A DNA stretch of 64,000 bases, taken from NCBI GenBank assembly GCA_040954595.2, contig CM082594.2:642208-706207 (forward strand), in the 5' to 3' direction. Shown here piece by piece: positions 50,780 through 63,374 of this stretch. The notes under the pieces were generated by a model. The model was not told the DNA's origin, did not search any database, and saw nothing but the letters and a program-made list of their open reading frames with translations. How positions within the stretch are numbered: the stretch's first letter is position 1; each line of letters opens with the position of its first letter. A program made the translations under genes and the position numbers. This DNA comes from Balanoglossus misakiensis (taxonomy: Eukaryota > Animalia > Hemichordata).

Positions 50780-53700
50780 GGGGGCACAAGCGCCCTCAGG
50801 CGGCTTGTGCCCCCATTGTTATTGTTGGAATTTTTAGGGCCCAAGCGCAAGCCAGCGCTTGGGCCCTATTGGTTTCGTTGGGGTTTTTAGGGCCCAAGCG
50901 CAAGCCAGCGCTTGGGCCCTATTGGTTTCGTTGGGGTTTTTCTGTCTTTCCTTCTTTCTTTCTTCTTTCTTTATTCTTCTGTCAATTCTTTGTCGCTCTA
51001 GATCTCAGACACCACTGCAGGTACAGTTCTCAAACTTGCTACAGTGGTCAAGGTCAATGAGGAGTCGTGCATTGAACCCATGAATTTTTAATTAGTCACA
51101 TGACCTGGCGGCCATCTTGGATTTTCTGAAAAAATGCAAATCTCAGATCTCAGAAACTACAAGCCAGATCGACTTCAAATTTGGCGTGCAGGTAGACTAC
51201 CTTCTGTCAAACATTTTTGTAATTGGAAATTATGCTGTCAATGTTGCAGTTTTTTTGCTACAATTTTTTTTCTGAAATCTGGCTTAAATTTCAAAAATCT
51301 TCTTCTCCAGAACCGGTGATAACCGAGACACGGGTTTTGGGGTATGTGGTCACCTAACTAATGTCTATCAAGTTTGCGAAGATCATTGTGATTGGTCGAA
51401 GATTATGGCGGCCATATTGGATTTTCGAAAAACCCTAGTAAAATTTCAAAAATCTTCTTCTCGAGAACCGGCGATAACCGAGTCACAAGATTTTGTGTGT
51501 GTGGTCATTCAACAGATGTCTATCAAGTTTGCGAAGAGGAATGTGATTGGTCGAAGATTATGGCGGCCATATTGGATTTTGTGAAAAACGATTAAACAGT
51601 AAAAATTCCCTTTCTAGCCTAAAAATTGATAGCACAGAAATTCTTTTTATGGATATGAATCATCATATGACAAGAATAAGCTATAAATATTTTGGTAATT
51701 TTGGCAATGACCTTTGACCTACTTTTGACGAATCATTTTTCTGCATATCTAATTCCAGGCTAACCAATAGGGCTATAAGTTTGTTTTTTGATATATGTGG
51801 ATTTGTATGTGATCAAAAAATTTTGCTACTTTTCATGACCCCTTTGACCTCTGGTGACCTCATTAAATATGCGCTTACCTAATTAATGATGAACCAATAG
51901 ACCTAGAGGTTTTGTTTTTGTTATACATGGACCAGTATGGGGTCAAAATATTTTGCCCAAATGTTGGGTGACCTCGGGTGACCTTTGACCTACTTTTGCA
52001 TATCTCGACATCCACAGCAGATACAGCCTTGGTGTTTGGAGGTATGGGGCCATAATGAAAAGCCAAAGTTTTGGGTCACCTGTGACACCTGCTTAACTCA
52101 TTATTTATGTGCATACCTAATTCCGGGCTAACCAAAAGGGCTAGAGGTCTGGTTTTTGTTGGACATGGACGACTATGGGTCAAAATTTTCTGCCAAAATT
52201 ATGGGTGACCTCTGGGTGACCTTTGACCTACTTAACACTATATCAACACCAAGCATAGATATAACCTTGATATTTCATGGAATAAAACACAGCATTATGT
52301 TTCTACTCATTAATTATATGCATATCTAATAATCAGATCAGATAATAGAGCTTGGGCCCGGACAATGCTGCTTGCAGCTTTAATTCTTTCTTTCTTTCTT
52401 CTTTCTTTATTCTTGTGTCAATTCTTTGTCGCTCTAGATCTCAGACACCACTGCAGGTACACTTCTGAAACTTGCTACAGTGGTCAAGGTCAATGAGTAG
52501 TCGTGCATTGAACCCTTGAATTTCTAATTAGTCACATGACCTGGCAGCCATCTTGGATTTTCTGAAAATATGCAAATCTCAGATCTCAGAAACTACAAGT
52601 CAGATCGACTTCAAATTTGGCGTGCAGGTAGACTACCTTCTGCTTATCATTTTTGTAATTGGAAATTATGCTGAAAAAGTTGCAGTTTTTTTGCTACAAT
52701 TTTTTTTCTGAAATCTGGCTTAAATTTCAAAAATCTTCTTCTCCAGAACCGGTGATAACCGAGACACTGGGTTTGGGGTATGTGGTCACCAAACTGAGGT
52801 CTATCAAGTTTGCGAAGATCATTGTGATTGGTCGAAGATTATGGCGGCCATATTGGATTTTCGAAAAACCCTAGTAAAATTTCAAAAATCTTCTTCTCAA
52901 GAACCAGCGATAACCGAGTCACAAGATTTGGGGAGTATGGTCACTACACTGATGTCTATCAAGTTTGCGAAGATCATTGTGATTGGTCGAAGATTATGGC
53001 GGCCATATTGGATTTTCCAAAAACCCTAGTAAAATTTCAAAAATCTTCTTCTCAAGAACCGGCGATAACTGAGTCACAAGATTTGGTGTGTGTGGTCATT
53101 AAACAGATGTCTATCAAATTTGCGAAGGAGAATGTGATTGGTCGAAGATTATGGCGGCCATATTGGATTTTGTGAAAAACAATTAAAAAGTAAAAATTCC
53201 CTTTCTAGCCTAAAAATTGATAGCACAGAAATTCTTTTTATGGATATGAATCATCATATGCCAAGAATAAGCTGTAAATATTTTGGTAATTTTGGCAATG
53301 ACCTTTGACCTACTTTTGACGCATCATTTTTCTGCATATCTAATTCCTGGCTAACCAATAGGGCTATAAGTTTGGTTTTTGATGTATGTGGATTTGTATG
53401 TGATCAACAAATTTTGCTACTTTTCATGACCCCTTTGACCTCTGCTGACCTCATTAAATATGCACATACCTAATTACAGATGAACCAATAGACCTAGAGG
53501 TTTTGTTTTTGTTATACATGGACCACTATGGGTCAAAATTTTCTACCCAAATTTTGGGTGACCTCAGATGACCTTTGACCTACTTTTGCATATCTCAGCA
53601 TCCAAAGCAGGTACAACCTTGGCGTTTGGAGGTATGGGGCCATAATGAAAAGCCAAAGTTTTGGGTCACCTGTGACACCTGCTTAACTCATTATTTATGT

Positions 53701-56700
53701 GCATACCTAATTCCGGGCTAACCAAAAGGGCTAGAGGTCTGGTTTTTGTTGGACATGGACGACTATGGGTCAAAATTTTCTGCCAAAATTAAGGGTGACC
53801 TCTGGGTGACCTTTGACCTACTTAACACTATATCAACACCAAACATACATATAACCTTGATATTTCATGGAATAAAACACAGCATTATGTTTCTACTCAT
53901 TAATTATATGCATATCTAATAATCAGATCAGATAATAGAGCTTGGGCCCGGACAATGCTGCTTGCAGCTTTAATTCTTTCTTCTTTCTTTATTCTTGTGT
54001 CAATTCTTTGTCGCTCTAGATCTCAGACACCACTGCAGGTACACTTCTGAAACTTGCTACAGTGGTCAAGGTCAATGAGTAGTCGTGCATTGAACCCTTG
54101 AATTTCTAATTAGTCACATGACCTGGCAGCCATCTTGGATTTTCTGAAAATATGCAAATCTCAGATCTCAGAAACTACAAGTCAGATCGACTTCAAATTT
54201 GGCGTGCAGGTAGACTACCTTCTGCTTATCATTTTTGTAATTGGAAATTATGCTGAAAAAGTTGCAGTTTTTTTGCTACAATTTTTTTTCTGAAATCTGG
54301 CTTAAATTTCAAAAATCTTCTTCTCCAGAACCGGTGATAACCGAGACACTGGGTTTGGGGTATGTGGTCACCAAACTGAGGTCTATCAAGTTTGCGAAGA
54401 TCATTGTGATTGGTCGAAGATTATGGCGGCCATATTGGATTTTCGAAAAACCCTAGTAAAATTTCAAAAATCTTCTTCTCAAGAACCAGCGATAACCGAG
54501 TCACAAGATTTGGGGAGTATGGTCACTACACTGATGTCTATCAAGTTTGCGAAGATCATTGTGATTGGTCGAAGATTATGGCGGCCATATTGGATTTTCC
54601 AAAAACCCTAGTAAAATTTCAAAAATCTTCTTCTCAAGAACCGGCGATAACTGAGTCACAAGATTTGGTGTGTGTGGTCATTAAACAGATGTCTATCAAA
54701 TTTGCGAAGGAGAATGTGATTGGTCGAAGATTATGGCGGCCATATTGGATTTTGTGAAAAACAATTAAAAAGTAAAAATTCCCTTTCTAGCCTAAAAATT
54801 GATAGCACAGAAATTCTTTTTATGGATATGAATCATCATATGCCAAGAATAAGCTGTAAATATTTTGGTAATTTTGGCAATGACCTTTGACCTACTTTTG
54901 ACGCATCATTTTTCTGCATATCTAATTCCTGGCTAACCAATAGGGCTATAAGTTTGGTTTTTGATGTATGTGGATTTGTATGTGATCAACAAATTTTGCT
55001 ACTTTTCATGACCCCTTTGACCTCTGCTGACCTCATTAAATATGCACATACCTAATTACAGATGAACCAATAGACCTAGAGGTTTTGTTTTTGTTATACA
55101 TGGACCACTATGGGTCAAAATTTTCTACCCAAATTTTGGGTGACCTCAGATGACCTTTGACCTACTTTTGCATATCTCAGCATCCAAAGCAGGTACAACC
55201 TTGGCGTTTGGAGGTATGGGGCCATAATGAAAAGCCAAAGTTTTGGGTCACCTGTGACACCTGCTTAACTCATTATTTATGTGCATACCTAATTCCGGGC
55301 TAACCAAAAGGGCTAGAGGTCTGGTTTTTGTTGGACATGGACGACTATGGGTCAAAATTTTCTGCCAAAATTAAGGGTGACCTCTGGGTGACCTTTGACC
55401 TACTTAACACTATATCAACACCAAACATACATATAACCTTGATATTTCATGGAATAAAACACAGCATTATGTTTCTACTCATTAATTATATGCATATCTA
55501 ATAATCAGATCAGATAATAGAGCTTGGGCCCGGACAATGCTGCTTGCAGCTTTAATTCTTTATTATTATTATTATTCTTCTTCTTCCGAGAAATTCGGCC
55601 AGGTAGATCTGGAAAACCGCTGCACCTAGGGGGCTGAAACTTGGTAGGGTGATAGGGGCCAATGAGTAGACGTGCAGTGGCCCGTGAATATTTAATTAGT
55701 CACGTGACCTGGCGGCCATATTGGATTTCCTGAAAATCGTTAAATGAGTCCTTCTCAAAAACCACTGGGCCGATCGAGTTCAAATTTGGTGTGCAGGTAG
55801 CCTACCTTCTGTCCATCATTTTACCCCATTGAAATCATGACGTCATACAGAAAGTTTTTTTGCTACAATTGTTTTTCTGAAAAACTACTTAAAACTTTAA
55901 AAATCTTCTTCTCCAGAACCAGCGGTTACTGAGTCTCGGGATTTGGGATATGTGGTCACCTAACCTATGTCTATCAAGTTTGCGAAGCGCACTGTGGTTG
56001 GTCGATCATTATGGCGGCCATGTTGGATTTTTCGGAAAACCATTGAAAAGTGATAATTCCGTTTTGTAGCCAAAATGTTGACAGCATGGAAATTCTTTTT
56101 TTGGATATGAGTCATCATATGACCGGAAGTTGTCACAATTTTTCAGGGCAATTTTCACATGACCTTTGACCCAGTTTTAAAACAACTAATTATATATGCA
56201 TATTCCGCATACCTCCTCTTGTCAAAGCACCACAGTCATGAATTTTGTGGACATGGGTACCAATGCTGCCAGGACCTGACACAAATATTTTGGTAATTTT
56301 GACAATGACCTTTGACCTATTTCTGAAACATCATTTTTCTGCATATCTAATTCCATGCTACCCAATAGGGCTAGAGGTCTGGTATTGGTTGGACATGGCC
56401 CACTCTGGGGTCAAAATTTTATGCCCTAATTTTGGGTGACCTTGGGTGACCTTTGATCTACTTTCCCATATCTCAGCATCCAGAGCAGTTAGAGCCCTGG
56501 CTTTTATGGGGATTGAGCACATAATGGAGTATTACACAAGACCTCATTAATTATGTGCATACCTAATTGCAGGCGAACCAATAGGGCTAGGGGTCTGGTT
56601 TTTTGTTGGATCTAGACTAGTATGGGGTCCAATTTTTTGCCCAAATTTGGGGTGACCTCAGGTGACCTTTGACCTACTTTCCCATATCTTGGTATCCCCA

Positions 56701-56776
56701 GCAGATACAGCCGTGGCATTTGTTGGTCACCATGGGAACCGCTTGTGCCCCGCCAACGCTGCTTGCAGCTTTAATT
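50780..56776 (+). mobile_element. Non-autonomous Helentron/DINE-1-like (HINE) element, family A, hosting nested family-B copies
   Basis: Inserted in satellite at gaatttatt|cttattt with no clear TSD beyond T residues. 5' hairpin GGGGGCACAAGC...GCTTGTGCCCCC (50780-50814); (TTA)n(TTC)n microsatellite (~55560-55586); 3' subterminal repeat GCTTGTGCCCC (56741-56751); stem-loop GCTGC-TT-GCAGC; terminal TTTAATT. No coding capacity. Confidence 0.8.
50834..55557 (+). mobile_element. Nested/tandem family-B Helentron-like elements (two 5' ends, three ~1.5-1.6-kb bodies, three 3' ends)
   Basis: 5' palindrome TAGGGCCCAAGCGC-aagcca-GCGCTTGGGCCCTA at 50835-50868 and 50888-50921. The 3' end GCTTGGGCCCggacaatGCTGCTTGCAGCTTTAATT terminates at 52385, 53975 and 55557. 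Bodies 2 and 3 are near-identical at a 1582-bp period. Confidence 0.8.
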
Positions 56777-59700
56777 CTTATTTATTTTGTAAAAAAGACA
56801 ATTTTTCGAAATCAAGTCGAAAATGGTAATTTTGTCTTGGGTGATTCAAATTATACCACATTTTCTGGAATTTGCAGCACTTTTTACAAGAGAACGACAC
56901 TTCATGCTCCATAATATTTCCGAAAATGAAGAAAAGAGTTTATTTTTTATGATTTTTTAAAAATGTACCATTTTGTCAAAATATGGCCAAAATGGCTATT
57001 TTTTCTTGAATTCCGTCAATATCTCTGCATTTTTGGAGTGGTCGAAAGTTTTAACATACAATCAACATATCATATATGATCAGGGCACCAAATTCGAAGA
57101 ACGAAGGTTTTTTTATTTTATTTTTCTAAAAATGACATTTTCAAGGAAAATTTGGTAAAACGCAATTTTGTCTGCAGTGAGCCAAATTAGACGGTCTTTT
57201 GTGGAATTTGTATCGATATATATATACGAAGAGCATTCTATACTCCATCAGATTTCCGAAAATGTAGAAAACAGGTATTTTTTGTAATTTTCAAAAATTT
57301 ACCATTTTGACAAAATTGTGGTTAAAATTGTTATTTTCGTGTTGAATGCCGCCAGTGTCACTGCTTTTAAAAGTCATAAAAACTTTTAACATGCAAGCAA
57401 TTGCTTATATATGATCAGGTCACCGAATTAAAAAAATAAAGAATGTTTTGCCTAAAAATGACCTTTTTGGTGCAAAAACGAATAAAACGCAATTTTGTAT
57501 TAAATCAGCTCATTCAGAGTGCATTTTTTATAATCAGCACCATTTTTACATATATTGGAAATTTCATACATCATCAGATATCCAAATATGAAAAGATGAT
57601 TTACATTTTAGATGATTGTCCAAAATTAGCTGATATCTGATAAATGTAGTATTTAACCGTTCTGTTCCCCCCCCCCTACATTATATGCGGTACGCTGATG
57701 TCAGCTTACCCGGCAGTACTGCAGGCCGTGCCCCCAACTAACGTCGGTGTTTGAAACGCCCTGGTTAAATTCGGGCTTTCTCTATAAATTGACAGGCAAT
57801 AAAGCAGTCCTACCGGAACAAATGTCGAGTGTTGACCCGCTGTGACTTTCCCTGTTCGGTTTGCCCGACTTAGCCAACGTCTTTGTACTAGAGTGTCGGG
57901 TCTTTTGCAGAGCCAGGCCGAAGGAAATCCGACTTGATCACCGTTGCTAACGAACGCTAGTGTCTGTCATGGTGTGCCGGGGTTTTAGTCGAGCCAGGCC
58001 GTAGGAGATCTGACTTGATCATCGTGGTCAATGTACGCGTGTTTCCGCTCTAAAGTGCCGGGGCTTCAGCTAAACCAGGCCGTAGGAAATCCGACGTAAT
58101 CACCGTTGATAACTTACGCCAGTCTGTGTCATATAGAGCCGGTGCAACAGCCGAGTCACGCCGTAGGAAATCTGACTTGATCAACGTGGTCAATGTACGC
58201 CTGTTTCTGCTCTAGAGTGCCGGGGCTTCAGCTGAGCCATGCCGTAGGAAATCTGACTTGATCAACGTTGCTAACGAACGCTAGTGTCTGTCATAGTGTG
58301 CCGGGGTTTTAGTCGAGCCAAGCCGTAGGAGATCAGACTTGATCAACGTGGTCTCTGTACGCGTGTTTCTGCTCTAGAGTGCCGGGGCTTTATCCAACCC
58401 ATGCCGTTGAAAATCTGACTTGATCACCGTTGCTAACGTACGCTAGTGTCTGTCATATTGTGACGAGATTTAGCCGTGCCAGGCCGTAGAAAAATCGACT
58501 TGTTCAACGTTATCAGTGTGCAACTGTTTCTTCTCTAGAGTATCAGGGTTTTAGCCGACTTATGCTGTAGGAAATCTGAGTTGATAAACGGGAATTCAAT
58601 GTTAGAAAACCCGTGTGGAAAGTATCTCTACCCGTTTGAAACTAAGAAAAGAATTTATTCTTATTTATTTTGTAAAAAAGACAATTTTTCGAAAACAAGT
58701 CGAAAATGGTAATTTTGTCTTGGGTGATTCAAATTATACCACATTTTCTGGAATTTGCAGCACTTTTTACAAGAGAACGACACTTCATGCTCCATAATAT
58801 TTCCGAAAATGAAGAAAAGAGTTTATTTTTTATGATTTTTTAAAAATGTACCATTTTGTCAAAATATGGCCAAAATGGCTATTTTTTCTTGAATTCCGTC
58901 AATATCTCTGCATTTTTGGAGTGGTCGAAAGTTTTAACATACAATCAACATATCATATATGATCAGGGCACCAAATTCGAAGAACGAAGGTTTTTTTATT
59001 TTATTTTTCTAAAAATGACATTTTCAAGGAAAATTTGGTAAAACGCAATTTTGTCTGCAGTGAGCCAAATTAGACGGTCTTTTGTGGAATTTGTATCGAT
59101 ATATATATACGAAGAGCATTCTATACTCCATCAGATTTCCGAAAATGTAGAAAACAGGTATTTTTTGTAATTTTCAAAAATTTACCATTTTGACCAAATT
59201 GTGGTTAAAATTGTTATTTTCGTGTTGAATGCCGCCAGTGTCACTGCTTTTAAAAGTCATAAAAACTTTTAACATGCAAGCAATTGCTTATATATGATCA
59301 GGTCACCGAATTAAAAAAATAAAGAATGTTTTGCCTAAAAATGACCTTTTTGGTGCAAAAACGAATAAAACGAAATTTTGTATTAAATCAGCTCATTAAG
59401 AGTGCATTTTTTATAATCAGCACCATTTTTACATATATTGGAAATTTCATACATCATCAGATATCCAAATATGAAAAGATGATTTACATTTTAGATGATT
59501 GTCCAAAATTAGCTGATATCTGATAAATGTAGTATTTAACCGTTCTGTTCCCCCCCCCCCTACATTATATGCGGTACGCTGATGTCAGCTTACCCGGCAG
59601 TACTGCAGGCCGTGCCCCCAACTAACGTCGGTGTTTTAAACGCCCTGGTTAAATTCGGGCTTTCTCTATAAATTGACAGGCAATAATGCAGTCCTACCGG

Positions 59701-62619
59701 AACAAATGTCGAGTGTTGACCCGTTGTGACTTTCCCTGTTCGGTTTGCCCGACTTAGCCAACGTCTTTGTACTAGAGTGTCGGGTCTTTTGCAGAGCCAG
59801 GCCGAAGGAAATCCGACTTGATCACCGTTGCTAACGAACGCTAGTGTCTGTCATGGTGTGCCGGGGTTTTAGTCGAGCCAGGCCGTAGGAGATCTGACTT
59901 GATCATCGTGGTCAATGTACGCGTGTTTCCGCTCTAAAGTGCCGGGGGTTCAGCTAAACCAGGCCGTAGGAAATCCGACGTAATCACCGTTGATAACTTA
60001 CGCCAGTCTGTGTCATATAGAGCCGGTGCACCAGCCGAGTCACGCCGTAGGAAATCTGACTTGATCAACGTGGTCAATGTACGCCTGTTTCTGCTCTAGA
60101 GTGCCGGGGCTTCAGCTGAGCCAGGCCGTAGGAAACCCGACGTGATTACCGTTGTTAACTTACGCCAGTCTGTGTCCTATATATAGTGCCGGGGCATCAG
60201 CCGTGCCAGGCCGAAGGAAATGTGAGTAGATCAACGTGGTCTCTGTACGCGTGTTTCTGCTCTAGAGTGTCAGGGCTTTAGCAAAGCCATGCCGTAGGAA
60301 ATCTGACTTGATCAACGTTGCTAACGAACGCTAGTGTCTGTCATAGTGTGCCGGGGTTTTAGTCGAGCCAAGCCGTAGGAGATCAGACTTGATCAACGTG
60401 GTCTCTGTACGCGTGTTTCTGCTCTAGAGTGCCGGGGCTTTATCCAACCCATGCCGTTGAAAATCTGACTTGATCACCGTTGCTAACGTACGATAGTGTC
60501 TGTCATATTGTGACAGAGATTTAGCCGAGCCAGGCCGTAGAAAAATCGACTTGTTCAACGTTACCAGTGTGCAACTGTTTCTGCTCTAAAGTCTCAGGGT
60601 TTTAGCCGACTTATGCTGTAGGAAATCTGAGTTGATGAACGGGAATTCAATGTTAGAAAACCCGTGTGGAAAGTATCTCTACCCGTTTGAAACTAAGAAA
60701 AGAATTAATTCTTATTTATTTTGTAAAAAAGACAATTTTTCGAAAAAAAGTCGAAAATGGTAATTTTGTCTTGGGTGATTCAAATTATACCGCCTTTTCT
60801 GGAATTTGCAGCACTTTTTACAAGAGAACGACACTTCATGCTCCATAATATTTCCGAAAATGAAGAAAAGAGTTAATTTTTTATGATTTTTTAAAAATTT
60901 ACCATTTTTGTCAAAATATGGCCAAAATGGCTATTTTTCTTGAATTCCGTCAATATCTCTGCATTTTTGGAGTGGTCGAGAGTTTTAACATACAATCAAC
61001 ATGTCATATATGATCAGGGCACCAAATTCGAAGAACAAAGGTTTTTTTATTTTTTTTTCTAAAAATGACATTTTCAAGGAAAATTTGGTAAAACGCAATT
61101 TTGTCTGCAGTGAGCCAAATTAGACGGTCTTTTGTGGAATTTGTATCGATATATACATACGAAGAGCATTCTATACTCCATCAGATTTCCGAAAATGTAG
61201 AAAACAGGTATTTTTTGTAATTTTCAAAAATTTACCATTTTGACCAAATTGTGGCTAAAATTGTTATTTTCGTGATGAATGCCGCCAGTGTCACTGCTTT
61301 TAAAAGTCATAAAAACTTTTAACATACAAGCAATTGTTTATATATGATCAGGTCACCGAATTAAAAATATAAAGAATGTTTTGCCTAAAAATGACCTTTT
61401 TGGTGCAAAAACGAATAAAACGCAATCTTGTATTAAATCAGTTCATTCAGAGTGCATGTTTTATAATAAGCACCATTTTTACATATAATGGAAATTTCAT
61501 ACATCATCAGATATCCAAATATGAAAAAATGATTTAGATTTTAGATGATTGTCCAAAATTAGCTGATATCTAATAAATGTAGTATTGAACCGTTCTGTCC
61601 CCCCCCCCCCCTTACATTATATGCGGTACGCCGATGTCAGCTTACCCGGTAGTACTGCAGGCCGTGCCCCCAACTAACGTCGGTGTTTGGAACGCCCTGG
61701 TTAAATTCGGGCTTTCTCTATAAATTGACAGGCAATAAAGCAGTCCTACCCGACCAAATGTCGAGTGTTGACCCGCTGTGACTTTCCCTCTTCGGTTTGC
61801 CCGACTTAGCCAACGTCTTTGTACTAGAGTGTCGGGTCTTTTGCAGAGCCAGGCCGAAGGAAATCCGACTTGATCACCGTTGCTAACGAACGCTAGTGTC
61901 TGTCATGGTGTGCCGGGGTTTTAGTCGAGCCAGGCCGTAGGAGATCTGACTTGATCATCGTGGTCAATGTACGCGTGTTTCCGCTCTAAAGTGCCGGGGC
62001 TTCAGCTAAACCAGGCCGTAGGAAATCCGACGTAATCACCGTTGATAACTTACGCCAGTCTGTGTCATATAGAGCCGGTGCACCAGCCGAGTCACGCCGT
62101 AGGAAATCTGACTTGATCAACGTGGTCAATGTACGCCTGTTTCTGCTCTAGAGTGCCGGGGCTTCAGCTGAGCCAGGCCGTAGGAAACCCGACGTGATTA
62201 CCGTTGTTAACTTACGCCAGTCTGTGTCCTATATATAGTGCCGGGGCATCAGCCGTGCCAGGCCGAAGGAAATGTGAGTAGATCAACGTGGTCTCTGTAC
62301 GCGTGTTTCTGCTCTACAGTGCCAGGGCTTTAGCCAAGCCATGCCGTAGGAAATCTGACTTGATCAACGTTGCTAACGAACGCTAGTGTCTGTCATAGTG
62401 TGCCGGGGTTTCAGTCGAGCCAAGCCGTAGGAGATCAGACTTGATCAACCTGGTCTCTGTACGCGTGTTTCTGCTCTAGAGTGCCGGGGCTTTATCCAAG
62501 CCATGCCGTAGAAAATCTGACTTGATCACCGTTGCTAACGTACGCTAGTGTCTGTCATATTGTGACGGAGATTTAGCCGAGCCAGGCCCTAGAAAAATCG
62601 ACTTGTTCAACGTTACCAG

Positions 62620-63006
62620 TGTAGTAACCTCGATGTGCCGTCTCAAATGGCGCCCTAATTCACATCAAAGGCCACAGGGTTCTATAGTATTTGCCGTTAA
62701 CTAACTGGAGCTCACCATCGCCGACGAACATTCCTTGTCAGATGTCACAGAAAACGCTGCTCGGAACTTTACACGAACATTTAATGACTGAACATACAAC
62801 ACTGGCACTGGATGATGCGTCGCGGTGGTTGAAGTTTCCGTAGAAAACTGGCAAAAATCCCCAGGCTAACTGTGCAAAAGTCCTCACATGTGCGCCATGG
62901 AATTTTCCAGATATTTTCTAAACAAAAGCGCATGCGCTAATGTACTCACAGCGCGAGGGCGCTAGACTAAATATTTCAGTTTCTCTAAGAACTGGGCGTC
63001 CTTACA
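62620..63006 (-). repeat. 3' LTR of the BEL/Pao element (~387 bp)
   Basis: TGTAGT...CCTTACA termini. On the minus strand it is preceded by TTGGGGGCTGG (63007-63017) and contains ATTAAA (~62780). The partner LTR is outside the window. Confidence 0.75.
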
Positions 63007-63374
63007 CCAGCCCCCAAATTGTTCATGAAAAAACATTAACAATTTCCATCCTAGCAAATTCAAAACGCCAACATCCATATGTGCCGAAATTACATATCAA
63101 ATAGAAATTACAAAACAATATCTATAAATATCTCGAAACGCGAAGTCGAAAGTTTTTCAGGAAACGCGAATACAAGAATCCTTTTCTTCATGAATGTGAT
63201 GATACATCCTTGACCATGCCCAGACCTCGTCCGGTCAATCATGCTGCCAAGCATGATATCCAACACATCTGTACTTCAAAGATGAGATCAAACGCTGGAC
63301 GTAGTGGATAGACTGGCCACTACTTGAGATCGTTGTTATTACAGCTGCTGGTAACTGCAACCATACCAATACCA

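Larger units (their letters stand above)
492..62619. repeat. ~2.05-kb-unit tandem macrosatellite array (about 22 units, ~45 kb excluding insertions)
   Basis: The unique G-tract marker recurs at ~8675, 10726, 12949, 19631, 21673, 23713, 25760. It recurs as a C-tract on the opposite strand at ~28292, 30343, 32392, 34278, 35837, 37893, 39941, 41826, 43880, 45930, 47489, 49541, 57667, 59550, 61599. Near-identical short ORFs recur with the same period. Confidence 0.97.
26441..62619 (-). repeat. right arm of the macrosatellite (inverted, C-tract orientation), interrupted by the Helentron-like stack
   Basis: Reverse complement of the left-arm units; the satellite ORFs switch to the plus strand from 27352. 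Confidence 0.95.

Noticed and set aside
50701-56914. ORFs within the Helentron-like stack (e.g. MVEDYGGH..., MAAILDF...)
   Set aside because: Derived from internal repeats and element junctions; no Rep or helicase motifs.
7118-60848. Recurrent 60-85-aa ORFs (MESISTRL..., MSKYGQNG..., MFCLKMTF..., MPKNDLFG...)
   Set aside because: They come from the satellite unit, mostly use GTG/TTG starts, and are frameshifted by homopolymer length changes between units. They have no recognisable domain.
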